Origin: Moniliella sp. 'wahieum'
Lineage: Eukaryota
Length of the DNA stretch: 64,000 nt
Reading direction: 5' to 3'
Assembly: GCA_003971905.1 (NCBI GenBank)
Contig: RSEE01000054.1
Coordinates: forward strand, 372,001 to 436,000
Shown here: positions 36,963 through 50,213 of the stretch, in pieces
How the letters are laid out: each line of letters opens with the position of its first letter
Numbering within the stretch: position 1 is the first letter of the stretch
Translations under genes and position numbers: made by a program
The notes under the pieces: model-generated
Seen by the model: the letters and a program-made list of their open reading frames with translations, nothing else
Told to the model about the DNA's origin: nothing
Database searches by the model: none

Positions 36963-37666
36963 TTCCCCACCTGTCCAGTTAACAGGCTGATCTCGCCCAA
37001 TCCATTAACGCTCGTTACACTCACCTTTCACGTTGGGTACTAAGTATATTTCCCCTGGCTCAGGTGGATGTCAAGTGGGCATCGTATAGGCTGGCATGAC
37101 CTGTACCTGGTCAGGTGTCGAAGACGTTCATATTTTGGTAGACATGATGCTCGGACAACGGGAACATTCCACTGGCAATGCGTACTAGGTATGCTACTCA
37201 TCTCAGAAACACTGCCGCTGGCCTTTATTAATAGTCGTTGTGCTACTAGTGTTCCACTAGTTGACCACGATCCTCCTAGTACTAAGTAGGCTGATCCTCT
37301 TTCTTTTCTCTGATACCTTGTGATACGCTGACACCCAATCCCTCCGAACATCGAGCGTCAGTTGAAAGTCATCCGTGCGAGTGACAACCACGCGGGCGCC
37401 TCAATTCAGCCCCATCAACATCATCAAATCGCTTCTGATATGATGCCCTACTTTCATGTCCCCACCTGCCCCTTCTGCATTTGCATACTATCACTGTTAT
37501 CGTCATACATAAACCCTTTCGAATCGCAGGACAATCAAGCCTAATCCGGACCAAAATGTTCCTCAAGCCCAGGTGTCTCTTGCGGTTCACACTCGAGTAA
37601 CTCTTCGTGGTTTGCGAAGGTACGGCACACAGTGTCGTTTCCAGCCACCGCATTTCAGGTTCCGTA

Positions 37667-39533
37667 TTAGATGCGGAACTCCTCTGCCGGGCCATACCAA
37701 GCATCACAGCGTTCTGTCCGCCCGCCGATGCTGTGAGGCTGACCTGCGTACGCAGCGCAGCCGACCGCAGCACTTGTGGTGTCTCCACCGTCTCCTCTTC
37801 GCCCTGCCCCAGCTCCGACCGTTGTCCTAGCCCCCAGGTGTAGGCATTGCCATCCCGCGCGACTGCAATGGAAAAGCGCGGTCCCGCAGACACTTGCACA
37901 ATATGCGGGTTGCCAGGGAATGGGATGTGGACTGGCTCGGTGAGGTACTCGTCTGGGGGTGGGCCACGGATCGGGGGCACATCTTCAGGGGAAAGCAAAG
38001 TGGCAAATGTGCCTTCGGTAACAAGAGCTTTCTTGGCCGCCATACGGGCCTCGTAGGCCCGCAACTCTTCCTGCAGTTGTCGCTCTCGTTCTGCTTCCCA
38101 GGCATGCCGCGCTTCCACGATGGTCAGCTTGGCTGGGTGTCATCCCCCAGCCCCAGTTCGTTACCGTCGCACCGCCCAGTGCCCCATACTTGGCCATTGT
38201 CCAGCAAAACAGACTAAAATGAGCCAGCGTCAATCTGGACGACCTTGGCACCGTTGTGCTTGGAAGGCAACAGGCCCTGTACCACCGGTTCTACCCTTGG
38301 TCCTCGGCTGTCTCGAGCCCGAGCTGGCCAAATGTGTTGAGCCCCAAGCATAGACAATGCCCAGATTGTCGACTGCAAACGAATGGTATGCGCCACAGCC
38401 GACGGCGACAATGTTCTTAAGTGCGAGACGGGAGGGAGAGAGGGCGTTAAGTTTGCGCCGTTCGATCACCTTGCGGCCCAATTGGCATTGCTGCCGTTGC
38501 CCCATGCCCACACTTGACCCTGTACCGACAAGGCCAGTACATGGTCTCGCCACAGGCCACGGAACTGAACCGCACCTTATCCAGTCCATGTAGCGCACGG
38601 GGAGTAAACTGCAGCCGAGCCGCTTGGGCGATGGGTCAAAACCAAGAAGTCCTTCGTTGCTCTACCATCCACGTCAGTCATGTCAGCCACTAACGCCCCC
38701 CCCCGAACGGAGGAGAGACATACACGGAACGATCCCCACACTCGTAGTTGACCTTGATCATCGAGGGCCAGTGAACACGAGCTTGATGCGGCCACACGGG
38801 TGGCACGGAACGTCTCTACTGGCCCGAGGGAACCTGCCCGAGGCCCGTTCCCGCCGATCACACCATGGCCCGTGGGGGACAGGCCCTCAACGAGAGCGGG
38901 CGTTGTTTCCAGCTCCTCTGCTTGCTGGTCTGGGTTGCGCGTTGTGCTCCGTCCCAGGGCGGCATTGTCGTTGACGCCCCAGGACCAAATCTGTGGGGTT
39001 GTCACATCAGTACATGCTACCGTAGGAAGAAAAACGTGCCTACCCGTCCAGTCGAATCCAGGGCCAACGAATGCATCCCGCCCGCCACCACTTGCACTAG
39101 GCCACCGGGGCCAAAGAGACCCTCTTTGGTTCCCTGCTCAGCCCACGCATGCAATCTCGGTCGCTGAATTTCTTCAAGCGCATCCATCCCAGGCCATGCT
39201 GGCCCATATCCCCGTTGCCCCAGACCAGGAGGGAGCGGACGTGGGCATCGGGCGCGGCATGGAGATGAGAAGGCGGTGCAACAGGGGCCGGGAGCGGGTT
39301 GAGGCGACCACTTCCCGCTTGATGCGCGGCCGCTTGGGGATCGCAGCCGACGGCGTGGAGCTGCGTCCTCGCTTGGCCCGGCTGGCTCGCAGGGGGTGCT
39401 GGCGGGGGGCGGGATGCGGGCGGGGGGGCGCTGCTGTGGCGGACGCCTCTCTGGGCGTCTGCATCGTCGCGTCGTCGTCTGGGTCGGAGGGGGGCGCCCT
39501 CGATGTGGCGCGGCTGCTGCTGCGGGGCGCCAT
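37667..39533 (-). CDS. RCC1 (Ran guanine nucleotide exchange factor, Pim1/Srm1 type)
   Basis: RCC1 repeats: VWGNGDMGQHGLG, VVAGGMHSLALDSTG, IWSWGVNDNAALGR, QLGRKVIERRKLNALSP, VGCGAYHSFAVD, VSAGPRFSIAVARDGNAYTWGLG, SAGGQ. Contains introns. Confidence 0.9.
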
Positions 39534-39959
39534 GGGGGCGAGCGTGTGGCAGCGAGGAGGGCGCGGTGGGCTGCGCTGGGTGGGTGGGATGCATCCAACA
39601 CGCCCCGACGCTCCACAAACCCAAGGCGCGGCTCTGTTTGTGCTGCCGCTGAAAACGAAAAAAAAGTGCTTTGGTGCAACTTTCAACTGTCGCGTCGTTC
39701 CCTGCACGCGTCACGTGCCTCCCATTAGCCATTGCCGACTCCCTCCCGGCCTCATCTTGGCTGGGGAGCCACGGGCATCGGTCGTAGATAACCCCATGAA
39801 ATTTCCATTTACGCCTGGCGCGAGCGACCACCACATCAGCACCACCATCAGCACCACCATCACTGCGCTCTCCTCTCCGCCCCCCACCCCAGCACGCCCT
39901 CCCTCCCGCTGGTTTCTTTGCCCAGGTCGGCGCACTCCTTGCTCACTGCCCCACAGGGA

Positions 39960-42286
39960 ATGACACACGAGGAAGAGTCCATCCCGCTTGCAGATATGAG
40001 CACCCCCCGCCCCGCCTCGACCGCCGAGAGCGACACACTGGCCGCCACCAGTGACTTCCCCCCACCCTCACCTCCACCACAACCGGCATGGGTTCATCCT
40101 ATGCACGCACCGACACTGCCTATACTCAGAGCTTGGACGGACTGGACGCACACTCCAAGCTCAGCCCCAAGTCGGACGACGAGGGCCGTTCGGACCTGGA
40201 CCCCTTGGACGCGCATGCCCATTATCCCAGGAGAGAAGCGCATGGCGACCAAAACGATGGCGATGGCGATGGCAATGGCGATGGCGATGGCGATGGAGAT
40301 TCGTTCCTTGGCGACGAAATGGGAGAGGATACGCTGATTCCAGAAGGGGGTACACGTATTACCTCGACTGATCCGGGTTGTGCTCATCGCCTGCTTGAGC
40401 GGACTTCAATTTGGGATGGATGTAAGTGCGCTCCCCCCAGCCCCGGACTTGGACCCCATGCTGACGTCGCGTGTTGCTTGGGACTAGATGGTGCTGCTTC
40501 AGGCATGCTGGTTGCCATCCATGGTGATCTGGGCCATCCTTTGTCTGCAGGGAGCAAGAACTGGTGGTCTCTGCCACGACAGCGGGGGCGATTGTAGGCT
40601 CGCTCTGTGCTGGCCGTGTGGCCGATTGGGCAGGGCGCAAAAAAGTGATGGTGACAGCAGCGATCTTGTTCCTGTTGGGCGGACTGGAACAAGCGGCGAG
40701 CCAAGTGGTGCAAGAACTCGTGGTCGGGCGGGCAATTCAAGGGGTGGCCGTTGGGATGGCCAGTATGGCCACGCCCCTGTTCTTGGCTGAAGTGGCACCA
40801 AGTGACATCCGCGGTCGCTTGGTAGGGATCAACTCGCTGCTCATCACGGGGGGGCAGGTGGTCTCCTACATCATCTCGGCAGTATTCTACCACACTTCCC
40901 ATGGATGGAGGTGGATGGCCTTATCGGGGTGTGTACCAGCTGTTGTTCAGCTGGTCAGTTTGATCGCTTTGGACGAGTCCCCGCGCTGGTGATTCATCAG
41001 GGTCGGGTTTCGCAGGCCCGCCACGTCTTGAGCCGCATCTACCCTGTGCTCCCTTTCTGGTGATCGAAGAGGAGATTACGCGGATTACCAATACCTTTGG
41101 GCAGACGGCGTATGAAGCACGCGCCTCCGCGCGTGCCGCCGAGGCGAGCATCGGGAAACTCGACGCAGGAAGTTATGCTCACTCGTCTCCAGAGGTGGAG
41201 GTCCAACATGGCCGCGTCGATCAAGGAGTCGGTCCAGCCCGGAATCACACAGCTCAAGATGCTCTTTGGTGTGCCGGCCAATCGCCGTGCGCTCGAGCTG
41301 GCGCGGGCTGCTCTTTTTCCAACAGATGATTGGTTTCAACAGTCTCATGTACTTTCCTCCAAAATCCTCTTATGCCGGGTTTGAAAACCCCAACGCTATG
41401 GCAATCGGGATTGCGGTAGCTAATCTGGTAGGAACAATGGGAGCGATTCGCTTGGTGGATACCATCGGTCGCCGTCGCCTGTACTTCGCACCATTGCTCT
41501 CGCCGCCCTTTCCCTCGCTTCCTCGCGATTGCCCTGCACAACGTTAATATGAAGGACGTGACGGAACAGGCCTCCTCCTCCCTTTCGGCTCGGGGACTGC
41601 CCCACCTCGCTCTGGTGGGCATGCGGGCTGGGCTTATGCCAGCTTGGCTGCCGTACGTTGAGCGCATTGATCACCTTGTCGGGGTTGCTGATACTGACCC
41701 TCTCCTCCTCATTCTACTTTTTGCTCTCCCCAGATTATTCTCTTCACTTTGTTTACGCTCTAGGACTCGGGATTATCCCCTGGCTCGTCTCGTCTGAAGT
41801 GTTTGCCTCGCCTGTGCGTGCCGTCGGAGGCGGCGTGGCTTCGGCGGTGAACTGGATTGCCAACCTGATTGTGTCGGCTACCTTCCTCGACTTGGTCGTA
41901 CGTACCCACTGCTCCCCTGCTACCCTACCACTGGATGGAGGAAAGTGACTGACATTACCATTGTGCACAAACTGCCTCGCAGCGCGCGGTCACGGCGTCG
42001 GGGTCGTTTGGCATCTATACTGGCATGGCCGTCTTGGCCTGGTATTTACCTACTTGCGCCTGCCCGAGCTAAGTGGAGTGTCGATCAACGATGTCCAGCG
42101 TGCCTTTGGCGCTACGGAGGCTGGCGGGGGCGCAGGCGTACCAAGCGTTGCCGCAGCTGGCGTCGTGGTGGACCTGGGACGAAGCGCGATGGTGGCGAGG
42201 AGAGGCGGGCAGCTGCCGTGCAAGAACATGATGATGATGGTGATGATGAAGGTGATGGTGATGATTATGATGATGCTGGTCGGTGA
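39960..42286 (+). CDS. MFS sugar-porter family transporter, myo-inositol transporter-like
   Basis: GLQFGWD, ADWAGRKK, GRAIQGVAVGMASMATPLFLAEVAPSDIRGRLV, GWRWM, ESPRW, FQQMIGFNSLMYF, DTIGRR, YALGLGIIPWLVSSEVF, LPELSG. Confidence 0.9.
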
Positions 42287-42786
42287 GGTTGATCGAGGAG
42301 CAGGGCAGGGGAAGAGAGGGGTTCGTGGGACGGACGAGTGGGGTAGGCGGGTAGTTGGGCATGTCGAGTATCTACAGGGTGCGTACCTAGTGTGGGACAA
42401 GATGGATGCGATGCCTCCCATCGATGATCGGCGCAGCTGCTGCGAGTCAGGTACACTTGCTAGCTGCGCATTGCATATTGATCGGTTGTTGATTGATCGC
42501 CCCCTGTTGGCCGCCGCGCCCATCGCCTCGCCCATCGCCTCGCTCACCACCACCACCATCGCCACCACCATCGCCGTCCCCGCGCCCAGCGTGCAGCGTC
42601 CGTGTTGGCGTCCCCGCCGCTGTGCTCCATCAGCAGCGCCTTCTCAGACAGGCCGCCCCCCCGCCACCCATCCTGCTCACGCCATGCCTTCCCCGCCTCC
42701 TTCTCCCTAGCAGCAACCACCGCCACTCCAGCCTGTCCCACGGCATTCTCCCTGCCCCCGCCCCGCTCTCGGGCACCCTTCCATCC

Positions 42787-45134
42787 ATGTCGGCCGCCCA
42801 CAGCTTTGCACCCTCCCTCTCCAGTCTAGCCGTCGCCGCTGCGGGCGACTCCCTCCGCCCCCCCGTCTTGGACCAGAGCGCTCTTTCGCCCGCCGAGTAT
42901 GCTGCCTACATCCCCGCCCTGCTTGCTCTGCCGCCTTCCGAGGCCGGCATTGACGGCTTGTACGACGAGCAAAGCGCGCTCCAATATCTGCGCGAAAAGT
43001 GCAAACTCGAACTCAAGGACGAGGCCATGATCTTGGCCCTGTTCGAACGCACCCCGCTCGGCATCCAGCCCGGCCACTTTTTTGCCTGGCTCCGGCTCGT
43101 CTCGTGGGTCCAGCAGGGCAAGCTGCCCAGCAAAAAACTCCTCTTCACCCAAAGTACGTTGAATGTTGGCTTCCTTCCCCGCCCCCCTTCCTTCCTGAGC
43201 CGTCTCTGACTCCTTCCCCCCACCCTCACCCGCATGGCGCCTACAGCCCAGCCAGCCCAGACGTTTGTTGGTGCCCCCTCCGAATATGAGGCAGGGCGGC
43301 ACCCGGGCAAGACAGCCGCTTCGGCTTTGCGATCCCCCTGCCGCTCTCCTCCGATTATCGTGCCTCCCGGCTGGGATACGGACCGGCACCACAACGACGG
43401 GGAAGGCGCGCCAAACGGCCTCGTCCTCGGCGGCCGCCATCCCGCCGTCGTCGTTGGCGAGTGTAGCCAGTGCCCAGACCGAGCAAGTGCCGAGCAAAGA
43501 CGTGGCCCGGCCCCATCCACGTGTGGCCACCCAACCCTCATACCCACCCCCGCGCTTGCGTCGTCCACGGGCCAACAGCGAACCCATGCGGTGTCCCAGC
43601 CAGTACCCAATAGCAAAAATCCCTTCCGCCCCTCGCTTTCTCAGATCCCGTCCGAGACTGAGGGCGTCGACTCGGTTCCCGCCTCGGTCCCCTCTCTTCC
43701 AGCTCCGGCGCCTGCCCCGCTACATCACCACCACCAGACCCAGCACCACCGCCATACCCCCGACCCTTGCAGCAGCCCCTCCCCTCTCACCACCATTCGC
43801 ATCGTCTGCCCCCCAGCGACCCGGTCCTGCCCCGGCCCCCGCACATCCCCTCTCCGGATCGCGGGCCCCTCCTGCCCCTTCAACCGTGTCGTCGACGCGT
43901 ACCCTGCCTCTCGATGCATTGATTGGCTTCAATCCTAACCCGAACCCATTCAAGCAGCCCAAACCACGGCTGGTACGCCCCACGCCCGTTGTGGCCGCCT
44001 CTCGACGCCCGTGTCGCAAACGTTTGGCACGGGTGCCGAGGTGCGGGATGGAGAGCGGGACCTGAATGCGCCCACGCCTGCACCCCGTTGGTCTCTGGAC
44101 GAAAGCAATGGGTATGCGGGGGGTACAAGCCAAACGACCGTTTGGGCGTGACGATGCCGTCACGTGCGCCCATCAGTCCCTTGATCCAGGCGGGCCTGGA
44201 CGCTGCATCAGAGGTGCAAAGGGCCAAGCAAGCCTTGCCTCCCAAAACGTATACGACCATCCAACGAAGTACCTTCATCCCTCCCCGTTCAAGCCCAAGG
44301 CGGCCAAGTCGGCGACGACCAAAAAGGCTGCGGCAGCGCTTCCGCCTCGCTCTACCGCCACTGGCACCTCGGCGACCGGGGCGGGACCCAAATTGGTGCC
44401 CCGCAACCGCGGGGCGGCTGCTGGGACCGATCTGAGCCAGCACCGGAAAAAACCATCGTCCCGCTCGGAAGCATTGGACGAGGATGAGATCCGCTCGATG
44501 CGCAGCGTCAAAAGTGGTAAGAGCAAGCACAGTGCGATGGCGCGCCCGCCCCGCTGCCGCTTCCAGACCAAGGGTGGCGCCTGGGATGGGCGATCTGTTG
44601 GGCTCCCACCTGGCCAGTCTTGGCGAGGCGGACGTTCCCAAGTCGCGTGGCGCAGGCATGCCCAAGCTGCACATCCCTGACGAACTGCCTTCGGACGCGG
44701 CCATGGCCAACAGCGGCCGGGTCGGTGACCAACTGGCTGCGCGAGCAAGATACCTTAGTCCGTGCGCGCGTAACCAAGCGCCGAGTCGCATGGCCAAGTC
44801 GCCCGTGCCACTTTCGTCCGCCTCGACCCACAGTCCTCTGCCAGGGGGAGGGGGACGAGGAGGGCGAGTCGAGTTTACTGGTAGATGGGGCAGATGGGAT
44901 CAGTCGGCCAAGGAACCCATTTGATGCGCAGGCGACAGAGCCCCGTCCATCCTCGGCTTCGCCTGGGCCTGCACCGCCCGTACGGCCGACACTGGTGCTA
45001 AGCCACTCGCCTTCCGCCACCCCCACCCCTCTTCCCAGGGACTGAGGACGAGTCCTCGGGCCATGGGGACGACGGTCCCTGCGACGACACATGACGTCCC
45101 TTGCCAGCGACGGTCCCAAGCCGTCCCGAACTGA
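42787..45134 (+). CDS. EH-like domain protein with Pro-rich tail and NPF motifs (putative endocytic adaptor)
   Basis: GHFFAWLRLVSWVQQG resembles the EH-domain F..ALRL...AQ.G motif. Intron 43154-43246. NPF at about 43618, 43943 and 44914. 3' end approximate. Confidence 0.6.
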
Positions 45135-45681
45135 CTTTCGCCCCCATTCAATGACACACCTCCTCACGCCATACGACCCGCATACTCTTTATCGCTCTTT
45201 AGCTTTGACCTTTTGTGTCCCAGGACACGGGACACGCCGCCTTCCATCTCCTTGTTTCTAACCCTCTTCCTATCCATCTCACCAGAAATCCCTGTCCTTC
45301 CCATTGCTTGCTTCCCTCCTTCAGTTTTCTACTAGGCTGTGAACTGGCACTACTGCGGTACCTGTCGGCCTCGGAGGCGTAGAGGGGGGAGGGGGGTACC
45401 CTACTCTGTTGGGCAACATCCCTGCCTGTCCAGGGGTAAGAGTATGGCAGCGCTGAAATCTTGTGCGCTCATGTCCACTCCCTCGTTTTCAACTGATACC
45501 TCTTGTCTTTCCCATGTCTTTCTCCTTGATGTTAAAGTATGGCTTGATGTTAAAGTAGGGTGCCGTGGTACGCTCGATCGAGCTTAGGATAGGTGGTAGG
45601 TCAAACCCCAACGGGAGACCAATGAGTTGGCACCCCAGCTCGCCGTGTTTGGACCGTCCAACATGCAATCCTGTCCAGTAT

Positions 45682-46582
45682 TCACTTAAACTGGACCTTG
45701 CTCCAGTCGATGTTGTCGGGCAAGCCTGAGGCCGAGGGGGCGGCTGGCCGTCGCCAGCCTGGGCCAGTTGGGCCAGGACTTCCGGTGGCAAGGAGGCTGT
45801 GGGAGGGTCGGGTTCGGACTGCTTACCCATCGCCTTCATACGTTGTTCCCACATCATCTTCTCCACCACCGCGCGTTCTTCGCCCTGCAAGTCGCTCAGA
45901 CTCGATGCCTCGGGCACAATCTTGCGCACGTCAATCTCCGGGTCCTTGGTCAACACGTGCGACCACCAGCCCGACTTGTCCACCTTCTCCAACACAATCG
46001 CAACCACCTTGGAATCCTCTGTCCGCCCGCCGCCCATCCCAGTCAGCACATACACACACATACACACACATCACTCACACCTCACTTCACGTCACTTTCC
46101 CACACGTGCACGTACGTACCCAACGTCCAAAACTCTCCTCCTCCTTGATCGGGCCAGGAAGGTCGCCCTGCACCAGCGCCGGCTCGCCCTTGAACCCGAC
46201 GGAAAGGTGGGTGCGCTTGATCACGACGGCGAGCTGCTTGGCGCGCGTGCCCTCGGGCACGGGAACATTGACCGACACTTGGTCCAGCGTTTGGGTCCAC
46301 GAGTAGGCAGCGCCGCTTGCTCCGCTGCCTCGCGCGCAGCTTGGGCCGCGTCGTACGCCTCGCGCTCCTCGGGGGAGAGCTTGTCGATGGCGTCCTGGGA
46401 CAGGGGGCGGAGGAGGGCGCAGAGCTCATCGCGGTAGCAGCGAGGGATGGGGGGGGAAGTGGCGGTGGTGGTGGTGGCAGTGGGGCCGTGGCCGTGGAGG
46501 GGCGGCGCACGGGTGGGGCCACCGCTGTGGTTATTGGTGGCGCTCGAGCCGCCTCGAAGCTTTGGAACGGGTGCTTGAACAT
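45682..46582 (-). CDS. nudC: Nuclear movement protein NudC (CS domain)
   Basis: [79 protein letters not shown], end IDWSKVQFK*. Confidence 0.92.
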
Positions 46583-46929
46583 TTCACGCGCAGGAGCAGC
46601 CAGGCGGTAGGGTTAGGGTCACGTGTTACTAGTAGCCCATGCCAGCCAGTCGAAGTGGTATTTGTGCTAAGGCACCGACGCCTGCCCCACCGCCATTCCC
46701 CAGCCGCGGCAGACTATCATACATCGCATCCGATTCCACAGCGGAGCCAAGCGCACCCGAAAGCACGCCGCCGGCATGTACCCAGCACGGCGTCAGGCGG
46801 ACAAGCCTGGGCACGCAGGGGGGACAGGCAGAGAGAGATATACAGAAGCCCTGCCGAGCGCGGCGATAGATAGCCCTGCTGGGAGCGAGGGGGGTTATCA
46901 AGTGTAAGTATTCCAAGCGTTCCAGGGGT

Positions 46930-49380
46930 TATGCCTCGAGAAGGATGGGGCGTATCGGGACCTGCCACCGCCTGGCCCGGGCCGGCACTTTGTGGTGCCG
47001 ACGACGGCGGAGCGAGCGAGGGTCCGGCCGCCAGACCGAGCGCCGCTGGCGAAAGGTCGGCGTCCAGTGCCCCCACCAACGTTCGTCGGGCGAGCAGGTG
47101 CGCCGCCGCGGCCCGGTCGACGCGCACCAACGCCGAGCATGCCCAGTCCCAGACGTGCACAATGGCCTGGCGCGTGGGCGGTCCGTCGGGCCGCAGGCTC
47201 AGGAGGTAGGCCGCGCACGAGGTTACTGCCACCGCCACACACGGTCGGCCGCGGCGGCGGCATAGAGGCGCTGCAAGATGCGCATCTGCGCGGCTTGGTA
47301 CCAGGAGATACGGTGGTGGGACGCGTTGGATCGATGGTAATGGCCGCGGCTGTGCGCTTGTCGTTCGGGGTCGAGGGCACTTCGTCCGTCTTGCCTGCCT
47401 CGCTTGGCATGCTGCGCGTGCCCCCGCGCGGGATGGTACCCATTCCGAAGCGCCAGCAGCCAGGGTACGACGGGCGCCGTCGGATCAATGCGGCAGAGGG
47501 GTTGCGTGATCGGGCTTGGAACGAGGCGCGGCGAGCCAAGGCCGAGGAAGGGAGAGGCAGAGGAGGAAGTGAAGGTGGTGGCGGTGGAAGAAGATGCGAC
47601 AGGGTGGACACTGGTCGTACTGGCTGGCCTCGGCCCGTGGGGAAATGGGAGATGAGAGGATGAAACCGAGGCAGAGCAGGAAGGTGGGACTGGGGCCGAG
47701 GCGAGCAGAGGCGAGACGTGGTGGTGTCCCAGGGGGTTTTGGCCCTGCTCAGGTCCACCACGCGCACTTGGCTCGGTGGCTGGCTTGGGCATAATCGATG
47801 AGCAACGCGCGCCCAATGGGCGAGAGAGGAGCCCGTCCATCGCACGAGGCAAGATGGGCGATCCGACGCCGGGCCAGTAGCCGGTACCTCGCCCCACTCG
47901 TCGTCGCTGCCAAAATACCAGCACGGCGACCAAGGGTTGTGGGAGCGGGGCTGGGGAAGCCAAGCGAAGCCGCGTGCGTGCCCAAACAGCGTCGCACAGC
48001 CGCGGAGGATCAAGACGCCTTGCCCCGAAGCGACCAAGATGGCGTCGTGAGCCACGTCGCGGGTAAAGACCGTGTCGAGAGCGCCAAGTCCCTTGCCAGC
48101 GGTGGCCCTTGGTGATGCGAGCTTCCGCAGCCGCACATGCCGACGTGGGGGGCACGTCAAAGCAAGTGTTGAAGACAAATGTTGGCTCGGATCCAAACAC
48201 GTTCCCGACGCCAACGCTGCGCCATCGCCCACACCAACGTAGCCGCCTCCCCCTCGCTGGGGACGAAGCACAACAAACAGATCGTCCCACGTTGGGGGCG
48301 GCCAGCCGTGCCGGCGGAAGGGAGGAGGTAGTGGACAAATAGATAAAGTGGTCATCGTATCAACGAGCGGGGATGGTGGTGCCTCTGTCGGCGGACAAAA
48401 GGTGGGCGAGAGAGAAAAAGTGGGTTTGGGTCATGGTGGGCAAGTGCCATTGGACAAACGTGCCGTCGCCTGCTACCAGGGCGGGCCGATAGACCGTTGA
48501 CCTTGATGTTGGTACGAGGACCAACGTGCTGCACGCCGGGCGGCAAGGCAACTGGCCCATCAGTTTGAATTGGCCACGCCGATCGGATCCGGGAGTAGGA
48601 TGACTGGAGCACGAAACAGGTGGACGGTACAGATAGCATGGCCCCCCACGTTTGGGCCGACAAATGAACTGGTCGCCATCCGACTCGAGCGCCGTGGACC
48701 GAAGCGCAAGCGGCCAGCCGACCAGGCGGCAGCCCCGGTTGGAAGCAAGTTCACCCGGGGGGGCGGAGGTGGCGTGCCCCACAGAAGCTCGTGCGACGAC
48801 ATCCACCACATGCGTCCCCTGCACACCGGGCACAAGCAAGGTTGGGGCGGGGCAAGGCGATCAGGCGCCGCTGGAGCGCGTTGGGCACACAGGTGCGGAA
48901 ACGTGGCGACAAGCTCGCCAAGAGGGCCTGTGGCGCGGCGCACGTATTCGGCGGGCCATAGAGAGAGACGACGTGGCAATGGAAGGGAGCAAAACGGGTG
49001 TGCGAGCGCGACGGCCGAGGCCGGTGCCCCATTGGGGCCAAGGACATGGTGCAGCACCACGAGCGAGCGCCAGGAATGCACCGAGGCAAAGGCGCCCGTC
49101 TCATCCGGCGGGGCAGCGCTGGCGCGCGTGGTGGGCGCAGGCGGAAGGAGGCCGTGGCGCTTGGCCAGGCCGTACCAGACAGCGTCAGCCATGGCCAGGT
49201 GGTACCACGCCTTGCACACCCGCGCGGCCACGGCCAGCTCGCGGGGGACAGCACGCCCGAGGCCAATACGTCGCAGGCCACCTCGAAGGAGAGGGCATGA
49301 GGATGTCCAGGGGGGGTGCGCGGGGGGGAGAGGCGGCGGCGGCCAGGAGGATGGAGATGGGGGGGGGGGATGTCCGCCCT
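46930..49380 (-). CDS. F-box protein with divergent C-terminal region
   Basis: LSFEVACDVLASGVLSP...AARVCKAWYHLAMADAVWYGL is an F-box motif. Downstream GC-rich coding-like sequence; both ends uncertain. Confidence 0.6.
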
Positions 49381-50213
49381 AAGGAAACGAAGCGAGGCCC
49401 CTGCTTGGTAGGTACTACTTCGAGCGCCTACTCGTAGCCGGAGTGCACTTAGCCACTCGCCACTAGTCAGGCTCAGCCCCTGTGTCAGCCACGGCAATCG
49501 GATCTACATTCGATCATCCGTCATCAATCATTAAGCTTAATCATCGATCCACTGGGCGAAATCTGGTTGGGGTTTAAATAGGCCTGAGACCTTGTTGGGC
49601 CCTGAAGCTGGCGAGTATCGACTATCGGTTCATACATGGCTCACGAGACGTTGAGCACGTTGAACGTCGAACCTTCAGCAAACCCGCAAGGGTTGCTAAG
49701 TAACTGAGTTCTTCGGCATATCTCGTCGGTAGTCTGTCAGTTAGTTGCCACTGCCCCTTGTCAGCAGGTCCACAGATGCCTCTTCGTCGAAACACTGTGG
49801 CCTGTGCTCCCTCTCTGTCTACTGCACGTCTATGTCTCTACGCCATAGGAGGTCGTAAGGGCAGGCCTTGGTGCTCATGCGCTCACAATCCAAAGGTAAA
49901 GATGTATCTATCTGTCGTCGATCATCAGTTTCCGCCAAAAAGACCGACTGTTGCAGCTAATACACAAGGGAGACGCTCAGGACAAACCCTAATTGCAGCG
50001 AGGAACACAGAGACCAGATAGGATGGGAGTCGGAACCACCACAAGAACAGCAGACAACGTAAACAGCAACACACGGGAGACATATAGGTGTTGCGCAAAA
50101 AGACAGAGGAAAAGGAGATTGGCAGCAGTGCAGCCAGACGAGGACAAGCGGGGCTGCTCGAGACCACCAAGATCAATCCGGACCAATCTCGGTAGTGGAA
50201 TGCAGTGGTGAAC

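Noticed and set aside
40255..40297. (GGCGAT)n here and (GAT)n near 42229-42275
   Set aside because: Ordinary coding microsatellites giving Gly/Asp-rich tails in the transporter.
48628..48646. TAGCATGGCCCC resembling U6 snRNA
   Set aside because: Lacks the ACAGAGA box and the rest of U6, and lies within the F-box gene span.
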